Below are positions 1-11,838 of a stretch of DNA of 64,000 bases, piece by piece. A model generated the notes under the pieces. The model saw only the letters and a list, made by a program, of their open reading frames with translations. It did not search any database and was not told the origin of the DNA. Numbering within the stretch: the stretch's first letter is position 1; each line of letters starts with the position of its first letter. Both the position numbers and the translations under genes were made by a program. The stretch is from Podospora anserina (taxonomy: Eukaryota): the NCBI GenBank assembly GCA_017654855.1, contig CM030337.1:3038001-3102000 (forward strand), read 5' to 3'.

Positions 1-417
1 TTCGTAGGTACCCGCCCTGTTGCTCTTGATGAAGAAGAATTTGAAGGCAGATGACGCTTGTTCCATATCGTAAGGCATCGTTTGGGAGCCAATGTGGGGC
101 TACACACATTACACACGTGTCCAATGATCAAAAAGAGTCCGCTAGCGCGACTACATCTTAGGTAGTTTCTCCAAAGTCCATTATAATTTACTGCAAGGGA
201 ATAAGAGAGTAATCTGTAATCCAGAGACGTATGCATTTATTCTTCTCTAAGCTCTACCATAAGGGATACCTGTCCTGAGAAGACTCCGTGAAGCCGCAGG
301 TCTGTCAATATTCCCAGCACAATGCGCTAATATCGACTTCCAGATAACACCCCCAACCATCTTTCCCTCCAACCCCCCTCCACCATAGCCTCATAGGCTC
401 ATAGCGGCAAGAAACCA

Positions 418-714
418 TCAACGCTTGGCGTTGGCGAAGAGGCCAATGGGGAATTTGGCAAGCCGCTGACCGCGCTCAGGCTTGGGTGGGGGAGCAACAA
501 TCTTTCGGACGCCGCGCTTGCTTGGGCGAGGCGGTCTTTTCATTCCTCCGGCAGGCGGCGGAGCGGCTTTGGCGGGTGGTGGGGCTGCCTGTCGTACGGG
601 CAGAGCATTGCTTGGAGCCGGTGCAGGGCGACCGGCCTGGACTTTATTTGTAGGAGCAGGTGCCTTGGCTGGTGCCTTGGCTGGTGCTGCTGTCTTTGTG
701 GGGAGGAGAGGCAT
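418..714 (-). CDS. Small Pro/Ala/Lys-rich basic protein (98 aa)
   Basis: ATG at 714 in ACCATG context after a C/A-rich leader; MPLLPTKTAAPAKAPAKAPAP...ANAKR; only one acidic residue. Confidence 0.55.
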   Translation of the reverse strand: MPLLPTKTAAPAKAPAKAPAPTNKVQAGRPAPAPSNALPVRQAAPPPAKAAPPPAGGMKRPPRPSKRGVRKIVAPPPKPERGQRLAKFPIGLFANAKR

Positions 715-1273
715 GGTGCAGGTGGTAATAAGAGTTAAAGCGGTGTGAAGGGTCTCGATAGTGTCGACGAAGGACTGGGGCTTTGTGCTGAAGCAGGAGA
801 TGTGGATATATGTCGTCGGGGCTTTGTTAACGAGGTGTGAGGATGTTGCCCTCTGTTTGAAGGGCACCGTGACGGCGGTCTTATAGGTGAACCAAATCCT
901 ATTTTTGGACGGCTCTGGGTAGGTAGCTTGTCATCCAAAGTTGAAATGAACTGGAGTACTATAATCCGAGGTCCAAAGGTGCTGGGCCTCACGGCACTGG
1001 GCAACTTGAGACAAGACTAATTTGTAACGACTGCAAAAATATAACATAGGTGAGATTCCTCTGTCCTAGCGCTGTTTGTGCCCCTAGCTAGCGGCGTGGG
1101 TGTAACAAAGCCCCATGTGCGGCTCAGCTACGGTAGGTGGGGCAAGTTGAAGACCAACAGACCTGCCATCGCACTGCAGCCTTCTTATTGCCCGTTGCCC
1201 CACGTTCCCTTGCTTCATCGGCCCTTTACTTGCCAGATTAATCTGACCTGAACACTTGCAAACACCACCCACC

Positions 1274-2368
1274 ATGCCTTCACCTCCCGGAACTAAAGTC
1301 CCTGTGACGTGGCAACCGCCGGCGGACCCGGACAAGCCTGCCTGTCCGTACCGCAGAAACTTCACGGTGGACATCAAGAGCCATACTCCTCCCCCACCTT
1401 TTGGTGGCCGAGACTACGGTCGTGGTGAAACACGGACAGCAGTGGCCGACCAGACTCTGCGGTCTATTAAGCATACCGAACTTGTCATGAGGAACCCACC
1501 CCTGGGAACAGCCAATCCGCCAGCGCAGAAGACTGCGACACTGACCATCAATGGCGAGCTCGCCGTCGCCGATGGCCGGGGTGCACAGTTAGCCATTTGC
1601 ACCGTCACGCCAAAGATCGCTGGCCAGCGCGCCTTCCAGGCCGTGGCAAAAATTTACGACGCGCTGTATTACTCATTCCGCAACAAGGACATACCATCTG
1701 TACCTGTCGATGTTACCTTCGATGCGGACAAGGACTACAGCCGTGAGGCCGCAGCCTACGAGCACCTGAACAAGGAAAGAGAAGCGGGCGCACTGGCCCC
1801 AAGATACTTTGGCTCTTGGACCTTCAACGTGACCATCCGAATTGGCGGCACCACTCAGCAACGTCCAGTTCGTATGATTCTCATCGAGAACGTCCCTGGA
1901 CCTAGCATCAGCCAGCTTTGTCTTCCCAACAGCGGAGTCGCTCTTGACCGGGCATCTCGCCTGGAGATCCTGGGGAGGGTGCTAGATGGCAATGCGAGAT
2001 TGCTGTTCAAAGGAATCGCACAGAACGATCTGGCTGCCCGTAACGTCATCTGTGCTTACCCACCAGGCACAATGCCCAGCGCCATGCGGCAGCCTCCCCA
2101 ACGAATCGTCCTGATCGACTACAATGCCGCCATTGTGTATGAAAAGACAAGGCATGGAATTCGGCCCTGGCAGAGACCGAGGTCCGCGCTCCCACCGAAC
2201 CCCATGGAGCTCTACTGGCAAGATACGCTCGTGGAGTTCCGAGGCTGGATCCCATCAGAGTGGGAAGCGACACCCAGGTTGCGTCAGGAGTGGTTGAGAA
2301 GTCGCTTTGGAGGACAGAATGCGGCCAAGTATGCACCACTCAAGACAACACTGGAGATTGCCAAATAG
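1274..2368 (+). CDS. Atypical protein kinase-like protein
   Basis: ACCATG at 1274; VAKIYD (beta3 Lys), REAAAYEHL (alphaC Glu), QNDLAARNV (catalytic loop), VLIDYN (DFG equivalent); intronless. Confidence 0.8.
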   Translation: MPSPPGTKVPVTWQPPADPDKPACPYRRNFTVDIKSHTPPPPFGGRDYGRGETRTAVADQTLRSIKHTELVMRNPPLGTANPPAQKTATLTINGELAVADGRGAQLAICTVTPKIAGQRAFQAVAKIYDALYYSFRNKDIPSVPVDVTFDADKDYSREAAAYEHLNKEREAGALAPRYFGSWTFNVTIRIGGTTQQRPVRMILIENVPGPSISQLCLPNSGVALDRASRLEILGRVLDGNARLLFKGIAQNDLAARNVICAYPPGTMPSAMRQPPQRIVLIDYNAAIVYEKTRHGIRPWQRPRSALPPNPMELYWQDTLVEFRGWIPSEWEATPRLRQEWLRSRFGGQNAAKYAPLKTTLEIAK

Positions 2369-3285
2369 GAGTGTTAGCTTGTGTTCTTGCTCTTTGGCAG
2401 CAAGTCAGTTGTATGTACTTGAGAGTTTAAGGGGTTCCTGGGCAACAAATGGGCACCGTGGCTTTGAAGATTTCTCAGGGGTAATATACTTCAGAATGAC
2501 CAAGTACCTTGGCTATTGGATAACGGAAAGCACCCGGATATCTCAGGAATAGAATGACCACCGTCTATCAAACACAATATCACGCTAGACCCATCGTAAA
2601 TAAGTATTTGATACTATCATTCTCACTTACCTACATACAGCACTGAACAATGCTTAATAATGGTCGTAATCCAAAGATCCTTGAGTTCTATCAGTGGTAG
2701 GCTTCTTATAATATTACCTACCTAAACTATCCCCTGAAGGCATAGTTTCTATCCATGCATGTGTAGGACTTAGTAGCAGCAGTGCTAACTTGCGACGTGC
2801 TACACAAGTCGCTTCCAGACGCATATGACCCTCCCAGCAGTCGAGCTCTGCAACGGCTCACGATATCTATTTCGAGGACTATTTTGAGGATTACATGGAT
2901 ACACGTCGGGTCACGACAATCTTCGCGAATTTGAAACTCGACGACCGTCGCTCTTTGAAACAGGGTACTAGCTCCACATCCACACCTCCTACGCCGTACT
3001 GGCGCCCCGCCGCTTCCGTCCAACCTATGCCGCAGAATACGAGTAAGACCAACAATGTATTCGAAGCGGCGTTGGACAGCAACCCGCCGCAAGCCATTGC
3101 CATAATTATCTACCTTGCTTCCTGAAGCTAGTCGTAGTCTTCAGACTTATATCACATCGTCCACCTCTTGTTCAAGAGCTGATCTGCCTCAAACCTGAAC
3201 ACATCGTCTTCGTCTTACACATCTGCAAAGCAATTACGCCACCTTACACTTCAGACCTCTTTTTCCCAACCGTTACTCTTGCAAA

Positions 3286-4128
3286 ATGGCCCAACCAGTC
3301 CGTATCTCCCAATCTTTCGCCAACGTCGCGACAAACGCTCTCCCCACCTACCCCAACCCTCATGGAAATGCCAACGCCACCATCTCCGGTGACTCAACCC
3401 GCGACACAGACCCCCCCTATTTTGCGATTGCCTCCCAGAACAACTGGAACAACCTGGGCACCAACTTCTTAGGCAACCACCCCGCCTCCACCACCCCCAA
3501 CCATCAGCTCAACGTCGAGACCGTCTCCCTCCGCGAAGACGCCGTCCATCACGGCAGCGAAGGCGACGTCGTCCGCTCGGCCGCAATGTACCTCCTCCAC
3601 CCCATCAATCAAGCCCTCAGCACCCACCCCAACATCGCCATCACCTGCCAGTCCGAAGCCTCCACCAACCGCATCCGCAGCGACATTACCTACTATCGCC
3701 ACCCCAACACGGCCAACCCAAACTTCAAGGCCTTTGCCGTCGTCGAGTTCAAGAAGCGCGGCGTGATCACGGCGACCGAGTTCGCCGCCACGATCAGGTC
3801 CCAAACCGTCCCCACGCAGCAGGTAGTTGACAACACGGTGGCAGCCGCCATGGCCCTGCCCCACGGCAAGCAGACGTACTTTGACGGGGACTCGTTTGTG
3901 CTGATCAAGCAGGCGGCTTCGTACGCGGTGGCGCACAGGACGCCGTATGTGGCGCTGTTCAATTGGGACTTTCTGGTGCTGGTGCACTTCACGCAGATGA
4001 CGCCGACGATGGACTATGTGGGGGATTACTGCCAGCTGCAGGTGATTCCGGCTGCGCAGTCGTCGGCGATGAGGGGGGCGTTGTTGGGATTTTTGGCACA
4101 TGCTTACGATAATGCTCCGGCTGTGTAG
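3286..4128 (+). CDS. PD-(D/E)XK restriction-endonuclease-like protein (280 aa)
   Basis: AAAATG start; E..RSDITYY...VVEFKKRG and later QAASY (QxxxY) followed by hydrophobic strands; strong coding bias. Confidence 0.7.
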   Translation: MAQPVRISQSFANVATNALPTYPNPHGNANATISGDSTRDTDPPYFAIASQNNWNNLGTNFLGNHPASTTPNHQLNVETVSLREDAVHHGSEGDVVRSAAMYLLHPINQALSTHPNIAITCQSEASTNRIRSDITYYRHPNTANPNFKAFAVVEFKKRGVITATEFAATIRSQTVPTQQVVDNTVAAAMALPHGKQTYFDGDSFVLIKQAASYAVAHRTPYVALFNWDFLVLVHFTQMTPTMDYVGDYCQLQVIPAAQSSAMRGALLGFLAHAYDNAPAV

Positions 4129-4758
4129 GTCGAGTTCATACAAGATTGGGTAGGTAAGGTATGGGGTGCGAAGGGGGACCTAGATATCAAACAACTTGTG
4201 GTGGGGTTCTGGGAAGACTGGCCGGAACGAACCGAGTCCTGTTAGCTTGCGTTGCGCGATGTAGCAGGACTCAGAAGGATCAAAGATACCGTAATATTAA
4301 ACATATCCTAGACCCTGTAAGACAGTTGTATCTGGTAGAGCCATCATGAACAATCTGTCAAATATTCCTAAAAGCCTCCAGACTGCCACTGCAGTCTCGT
4401 TGTACTTCATCTTCGCCCCAAGTAAAAAACAGTCATCCTCCAGTGGATGGTAGGAGAACAGTAGGTCAAAGGAACAGCGTGTGGACACGTATCGGAAGCT
4501 TGTGTGATCTCTCATACTTCATTTGACAACTAGTAAAAGCAGTCGAAGGGGTAAGTCAAACCAATAGACATGGAAAAGTGGAACATAATGTTGATGGGAA
4601 GCACATTTCTCGATTGTTGACGCCATGGTCTACATAGGTGCTGTCTCCGAATCATCCCCGCCACCCCAGCCCTTTCTCAGCCAATGAGACCCCATCTAAC
4701 CGCCTCTGCGTTCTGCGGCTCGATCAACAAGCGAACATGCGTTGCCGTGTTGATTCGT

Positions 4759-5150
4759 CTAGCAGTTGTCACCAGTGACATAGACGTTCCAGCTTCCCTT
4801 GAAGAAGTCCTGAGCGGAAACCTTGCACTTGCCCGAGTCGAAATCGCAGTGGGTGGACTCGCGCTCGTCCTGGGTAGCCAGGGTGAGGAGGCGGGGTCGG
4901 TGTCTGGATCGGTGAGGTTCATGCCAGCGGTGAAGTTCTGGGTCCAGCCGGGGTGGGAGATCTCCATCTTGGCGATGGCCTCCTGGACTGTGCCGGTGAC
5001 GACCTCGCGTGGGCCGGTGGGAACGTTAGGATCGATGGGAAGATTCCACTCGACCTCGTTGACGGCGTAGTTGGCGATGGGAACAATCACGGCGCCATGG
5101 GCGAGCTGGGCGAGAACAGCGCCGATGGCGCAGAAGATCTTGGAGACCAT
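4759..5150 (-). pseudogene. Small secreted Cys-containing protein, frameshifted and apparently internally deleted
   Basis: Signal peptide MVSKIFCAIGAVLAQLAHG and GTVQEAIAKME..PGW motif; after a shift near 4890 another frame reads LTLATQDERESTHCDFDSGKCKVSAQDFFKGSWNVYVTGDNC*. Confidence 0.65.
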
Positions 5151-5875
5151 GTTGACGGATTGGGGAGTTTCGTGGAGTTTGTTGGTTGGTAGTTGTTCGT
5201 GTCGTTGATGTTGCTGGAAGAAGAGATTGACAGAAATTGGTCTGGCGATAGGTATGTGGTGCTTTATACCCAGGCCTAGAGCATCCCAAGGAGCTTCTTC
5301 ACACAGGACCACAATTGTTGAGAGCTTCCCATGTTGCTCTTTGCCCTATCGCGTCACTTCACTTCAGGCGTGACCGTAGGTAATCATCATGGACGGAGCA
5401 TCTCGACAAATTCACTAGCTTGGAGATGACTTCAATGCAGGCTCCGGTGGATCTTCACTGATGAGATATGTCCTGGTTACTTTATAGAACCCATTTTCTT
5501 CGGACTGCGTTGCTCTCAGATTCAGTGGGGATAGGTACTCTCAACGAGAGTTGATAAGGTAGCTCATGACCACCCTTTCAATAAGAACGTCATCAGTCAA
5601 GACTACCGAGGCCGGTTAAATGGTATTGATCTCTTGAACCGCAGCTTCGTGATTTTATAGCCTTTTTTTCAAACCCTACCTTGCTAATTGCGAACGTGGT
5701 TGGAGAAAGGGTTGTTTACGTCTCACCTCTTTAGTCCTACCTAAGGTACCTATGATGTTCCGATATCCAGCCATCACCTTGTGCCAGGGATAACGGGATC
5801 TACCTTCGTACTCTACTATGCTTCATAGAATGAGTAAATATTCCCATGGTGCGCTCTAAGTTTACCAATGACTTT

Positions 5876-5916
5876 AAGCCTCACAAGCCTCCCAAGCCTC
5901 CCAAGCCTCCCAAGCC
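5876..5916. repeat. 9-bp tandem repeat (AAGCCTCCC) x ~4.5
   Basis: Read directly. Confidence 0.85.
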
Positions 5917-6016
5917 ATTGCGCTGCCTTTTTGTCTTAGCTGGAGGGTAGAGTTTAAAGTTTTCAGTTGATAAACTTTTAAATAAGATACCTTACCTGCA
6001 AACCTTGCCCTCAAAA

Positions 6017-6127
6017 GGCTTTCTTAGTGGGTTCTAGTGGTGGGTTTTAGGTGTATATAAGGGAGTCCGCTCCCACAGGAGGGACCTGTTCCTTTCCTCT
6101 CTTCTCCATCAGACAATACAACCTTCT
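6017..6127 (+). repeat. Direct repeat copy 1 (TATA-containing promoter segment)
   Basis: GGCTTTCTyAGTGGGTTCTA...GTGTATATAAG...GGGAGTCCGCTCC..CAGGAGGGACCTGTTCCTTT shared with 6978-7095. Confidence 0.9.
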
Positions 6128-6206
6128 TCACACTGGTCTTCTTCCCTCTCGGGCTCAAACCATAATAGCCAGCAGCACCTCCAGATAGACATATATCCTC
6201 TCCACC

Positions 6207-6905
6207 ATGGACAGCTTCATCAACAGCATGAAAATCTTCGATTGGCTTCGGGCACCGACGCGCGACAATGACGGTGATGATCTGCGTCAGAAGACGGACC
6301 AGCAAACCCCAAAGACCCAGCCCCAGTGGCATGATCCCGACGAACGCGCTACCCTCTACCAGACCTTCGTCAAGGAGCGTCTTGAGCTACAACGGAGCCT
6401 CAACAAGAACATGATGCCGCAGTCAAAACCGAACAGCCCCCACATCAAGAAGATGCAGAGGGAGATGGCTGCTTTGAGACACGAAAAGGATGACTTGCAG
6501 CGAAGGTTTGTGGATGTCCAGGACGAAATGCATGAGTTGGAGCGAGCGTTTAGGAATACCTGTAAGACGCTTGCTCTTACGCAGGTGGAGGTTACCAAGC
6601 TGAGGGCGGAGAAAACTAAGTATCGCTGTCCGGTGGATATGGACATTGACGAGTTTCTGAGAAGGGGAAGGGAAAGATTGGAGCAGGTCGAATAGGATGT
6701 GCTTCTGGAGGTAGATGAGGAGAAGGGCGACGAGTTATTGGCTGTATACAGGATGATAGGAAAGCTTGGAGAGGAAGAACGGCGACAAGATGCTACTGGC
6801 GGGAGACTGGAAGGAGGACGACTGTTATGGGATGAGATCCGGTTAGGGTTTGGAAATCTGAAGACTACAACCTCCGTACGGATCGTTGGGAGGTCCCACA
6901 GATGA
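6207..6905 (+). CDS. Coiled-coil orphan protein; TAG at 6693-6695 is followed by 69 more in-frame codons
   Basis: ACCATG start, TATA box upstream, heptad-rich segment; ORFs 6207-6695 and 6699-6905 share a frame. Confidence 0.6.
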
Positions 6906-6977
6906 GGAGGAATACGGAGGGGGCGCAACAGGCTTTACCAAGGGGGCGTGATAGGCTTGTTGATACCGATATGAGGT

Positions 6978-7095
6978 GGCTTTCTCAGTGGGTTCTAATT
7001 ACAGTTCAAGTCGTGTATATAAGGCTGAGGGAGTCCGCTCCTGCAGGAGGGACCTGTTCCTTTTCTTTCTTCTTTATCTGACAATTCAATCTTCT
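6978..7095 (+). repeat. Direct repeat copy 2 (TATA-containing promoter segment)
   Basis: Diverged copy of 6017-6127. Confidence 0.9.
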
Positions 7096-7721
7096 ATGGA
7101 GACCTACTCCTGTATTTAGTCGTAGGCCCATATCAGCCACTAGGGATATACCTATCCTGTTTTTGTCATTGCTTTCGTAGATGTGTCCTCTTTCTCATCA
7201 AATAGTAATGTTATAAGGTACTGCTTTTATATATGTAGTAGCGTCACCAACTGGTCACCATCAATGCCCTCTGGTATGATCTATCATGGATGCCATGTTG
7301 GAAGAGCAACATGGCCGGGTCCTCTTATCAAGTACGACGCATATCTGACACAGAGTGAATACATCCCATTTCGGAGCATTCCAGGTTACCATGGAGCATC
7401 AATAAGGCAGGTAGCCTGCAATTAAGGCACACGCGAGTATCAACGGAAATAGCTGAATGACGCGCTATCCCAACAAGTCCCATCGAAGACATCATTCAAC
7501 AAGGTCTTGGAGCAAGAGAACTCTTGCTCCTGATGACCCAGTAATATAGCTATCCACTTCGTGACCGTACAGGTTCAGCAGTTAATTATTTACTGGAGCA
7601 GACCTGGACTCTAACAGCCATTCAGTTTAATCTTGATGCTTTCCCAAGGTGCATATATTTCTGGCAACTCTATCCTTGGAATAGTTTTCCTCTTCACCAA
7701 CACCGACTCAATTGTCATAAG

Positions 7722-8311
7722 ATACAATCTTTCGTGAGCATCGTCCTTGCTGGCCTTCTGGCCGTGCTCGGGCTCTTCACTCAATCAACATCCGCCGCCG
7801 ACATTCTACAGGTACACAATCATTGCAACTTTCCTGTTTGGTGGTGGCACAGCGCCATTGCGGAAGATCCGAACCCCTGCGATAGAGGTGTGAACGGCCA
7901 ATGCATTGGCAAGGGTGGTGAGCCTTTTGAGGCTCTCGCTGGACAGACCACTGCCTACCCTTGGCTGAAGAACGACAAAGGTGTCTCTATGAAGATCCGC
8001 CGCGGAGACAAGGTCGACAAGTACACGTTTCAAGTCCCAGTCTTCCAGTTCGAGTATTGCCATTGCACTCAAGGAGAGCCCTGGGATCAGGGTCTTTGGT
8101 GGTAATCTTTAGCTTTTCACATCCTCGAAAGGACCATTCTTGCTGACTGCATCCTAGGGACCTTTCTGACATCGACGGGAGCGGCCCTGGCCTCTATGAC
8201 ACCCCGTTCGGCGACCAAAACGTTTACGTTCAGACCACTGGTGCCGGCTCTTCTGATGCTCAATACAACACTTGCCGGAATCTCAAGTGCAAGAAGAACA
8301 TGTATGATTGA
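7722..8311 (+). pseudogene. Secreted Bys1/thaumatin-like protein lacking an ATG (ATA at 7722) with a short C-terminus
   Basis: Signal peptide, VHNHCNFPVW, GVSMKI, QFEY, intron ~8102-8157, then WDLSDIDG..PF; no in-frame ATG upstream of the signal peptide. Confidence 0.6.
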
Positions 8312-8993
8312 GGGTGCCAGGTGGAAAGGATGTCAAGGTTTCAGAACATGAAACCCACAAGTAATTTTCTGAAGTTGTCATTTTAAACTTCGACACACCA
8401 CACCACATTCCCCAACAGTTCAACTGGTTCCGTACTTATGAAGATGGTAGCGGATACCAATTGCCATGGCGCTCCGGCTGCCTGCTGCCCCGTAGTCGCT
8501 CGGGAAGCTCTCTCGAGGAGCTTCGTGCTGCGGTGGAGACATAATCGGCAGTGACCGACTTGTTTATTCAAGCAGTAAAAATGTCTTCACGGTGTGCTGA
8601 AATGAGATGTTAGATATGTGAAACGATAGATACTCTCACGGTACCTGATGGTCAAGCCACAATCTGATAAGATAAGGGAAAGCAAGCCATTGACGAAGTG
8701 GAAAACTCACGTGTTGCCGGGGTTTGGCTTGGTCTCTAGAGTTACTTACGTAATCTCCAGTGCGCTGACTGTGGAACTGACACAGTGGGCGATACCCCTG
8801 CAGCAACACTGCTATCAACGAGCTCACCCAGCTGTTGCCATGCTCTCCATTGCGTCGTCATCTTGCCCGCTAGATCCAGACCCAACACCCGCCATCACGA
8901 GATATACGAAGTAACCAAATTACACCATCCCATCCGTACATATACTGCGCTGGTCGCTGGCAACCGATACATTTGAAGCAGCCCATCCGCAAC

Positions 8994-11838
8994 ATGTCTA
9001 CCCCCGCGCCGCCTGAGGACCAGGCCCGCCTGCTTGAGGATGCATTAATTGCCGTGCGCCAGCAAACAGCCATGATGCGCAAATGCCTGGATACTCCCGG
9101 GAAGCTTATGGATGCCCTCAAGTGCTGGTCTGTTTTCTGACTGTCAATTGTCGTGCTAGCCGCACCGCGTGCTGACTGAACGTCTTACCTTGTAGCTCGA
9201 CTCTCGTCTCCGAGCTCCGGACAAGCAGCCTCGGCCCGAAGCAATACTACGAATTATACATGTCAGTTTTCGATGCCCTCCGATATCTGTCTGTCCACCT
9301 GCGCGAAAATCATCCCGTCAACCACCTTGCCGATCTCTACGAACTTGTGCAATATGCCGGCAACATCATCCCACGCCTATACCTGATGATGACGGTCGGG
9401 ACGGCCTACATGTCGGTGGAGGGTGCCCCTGTCAAGGAGCTCATGAAGGATATGATGGACATGAGCCGTGGCGTTCAGCACCCCATACGTGGGCTGTTTC
9501 TGCGCTATTATCTCATGGGCCAAGCCAGAGACTATCTGCCCACCGGCGACTCCGACGGGCCCGAAGGAAACCTCCAGGACTCGATCAACTTTGTCCTCAC
9601 CAACTTCGTCGAGATGAACAAACTGTGGGTGCGTCTCCAGCACCAAGGACATTCAAGAGAGCGGGACCAGCGGACGCAAGAACGCAAGGAGCTTCAGCTG
9701 TTAGTGGGGAGCAACATCGTGCGACTAAGCCAGCTCGTCGACCTTCCGGCCTACAAGAATGGCATCCTCGCGCCCCTGCTCGAGCAGGTTGTCCAATGTC
9801 GAGACGTCTTGGCCCAAGAATATCTTCTCGAGGTTATTACCCAGGTTTTCCCAGACGAGTTCCACCTCTACACATTGGACCAGTTTCTTGGCGCCGTCTC
9901 GAGGCTCAATCCCCACGTCGACGTCAAGGCTATTGTGATAGGCCTGATGGACAGGCTGTCAAGTTATGCAGAACGCGAGTCACAGGACGAGACAGAGGAA
10001 GACAGGGGCAAGATGGAGGAGGACGCTTTGACAGAGTTGCTCGAGAAGGTGAAGCTGGGCAAACTGAACGCAGAGTCGCCAAGTACGGAGCCACCAACTG
10101 ATACAGCCGAAGTCCCACGAAACGGGGACCAGAATCCGGATGATGCTTCTTCGACAGCGGAAACACTAAATAAAGACGATAACCAGCCAGCCCCTTCAGT
10201 CGCTGATACCGAAGCGACCGCAGTGGACAACGCCGAGGCTGAGCCAGCCAAGAAGCGGCGAGGCATTCCGGAAAACGTCCGGCTGTACGAGATATTCTTC
10301 GGCCAAGTCAAGAATCTTGTGCAAGCACAACATCTCCCCATTCAAGATACAATTGCACTTTGTGTCTCTTTGACAAATCTCGCCCTCAACATTTACCCCG
10401 AGCGGTTGGACTATGTCGATCAAATCTTCGACTACGCCAACAGCAAGGTGAAGGAGCACGCCAACAGCCCAGATCTTCATTCGCAACCAGCGCAGCAAAG
10501 TCTTTTGGCGCTTCTCCAGAGCCCGCTCCGGAGATATGTGTCCCTTTTTACTGCGCTCTCCCTCCCAACATATGTCCCTCTCTTCCAATCACAGACCTAC
10601 CCGACTCGGAGGGCGGTAGCCGGCGAGGTAGCCAGGCACCTCCTCAAGAACCACACTTTCATTTCCACACCCGCACAACTAGAGAATGTGCTCGAGATCC
10701 TCAAAGTTCTCATCAAGGAAGGGTCCCAAGCACCAGCGGGTTATCCCGGCGTCGTCCAGCCCCGCGCCCGTGCCCTCGAGACAGACGAGACAATGGAAGA
10801 GCAAGGCTGGCTTGCCAGACTCATCCACCTTCTCCACTCCGAAGACAACGACACCCAATTCCGCCTCTTGCAAATGACGAGAAAGGCCTACGCCGAAGGC
10901 AACGAGCGCATCCGCACCACCACCCCACCGCTCATCACCGCCGGCCTCAAGCTCGCGCGCCGCTTCAAGAAGAGGGAGCACTACGACGACAACTGGTCTT
11001 CCCAGTCTTCCGCCTTGTTCAAGTTTCTGCACTCTGCCGTCTCAACGCTCTACACAAGAGTCAATGGCTCCGGCGCGGCGGAGTTGTCTCTGAGACTCTT
11101 TTGCTCGTGTGGGCAGGTGGCTGACCAGACGGGTTTTGAGGAGGTGGCGTATGAGTTTTTTGCGCAGGCCTTTACGGTGTACGAGGAGGCGGTGAGCGAT
11201 TCGAAGGCGCAGTTTCAGGCTGTTTGTGTTATTGCGAGCGCGCTGCACAGGACGAGGAACTTTGGGAAGGAAAATTATGATACGCTGATTACGAAGTGTG
11301 CGCAGCATGCGAGCAAGCTGTTGAGGAAGCCGGATCAGTGCAGGGCTGTGTATTTGGCTAGTCATTTGTGGTGGGCTACGCCCGGGGCGGGGGAGGAGGA
11401 GGAGGGAGGCGGGGATGTAAGTTTCTCTGGGATATCCGATGATGTGGGTTGTGCTGACGAGAAGTTGAAGCTCTATCGTGACGGCAAGAGGGTGCTCGAG
11501 TGTCTGCAGCGGGCGTTGAGGGTGGCGGATAGCTGCATGGAGACTGCGACGAGCATTGAGTTGTTCGTCGAGATTTTGGACCGTTATGTGTATTATTTTG
11601 ATCAGAAGAATGAGTCGGTATGCTGTCTTTTCCTTGTTGCCCATTCTTTGGCAGGTACTGATATTGGTGGCAGGTCACAACGAAATACCTCAACGGCCTT
11701 ATCGAGCTTATACACTCCAACCTTGCCGGCAACCAGCAGGACAGCGCGAGTGTGGACGCTAGCAAGAAGCACTTTTTGCAAACGTTGGAGATTATCAGGA
11801 GTAAGGAGTATGAGGGGGTGGTGTTGACGCCGAAGTGA
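8994..11838 (+). CDS. VPS35: Retromer subunit Vps35
   Basis: MSTPAPPEDQARLLEDAL..., ELVQYAGNIIPRLYL, GVQHPIRGLFLRYYL, KLLRKPDQCRAV; introns ~9128-9195, ~11416-11470, ~11617-11672. Confidence 0.97.

Noticed and set aside
2895-3125. 76-aa ORF between the kinase and nuclease genes as an antidote or upstream exon
   Set aside because: No motif or convincing splice signals; cannot be supported
3469-4143. Long antisense ORFs here and over VPS35, HET, TenA, FMO and the transporter
   Set aside because: Shadows of biased codon usage on the coding strand; no motifs of their own
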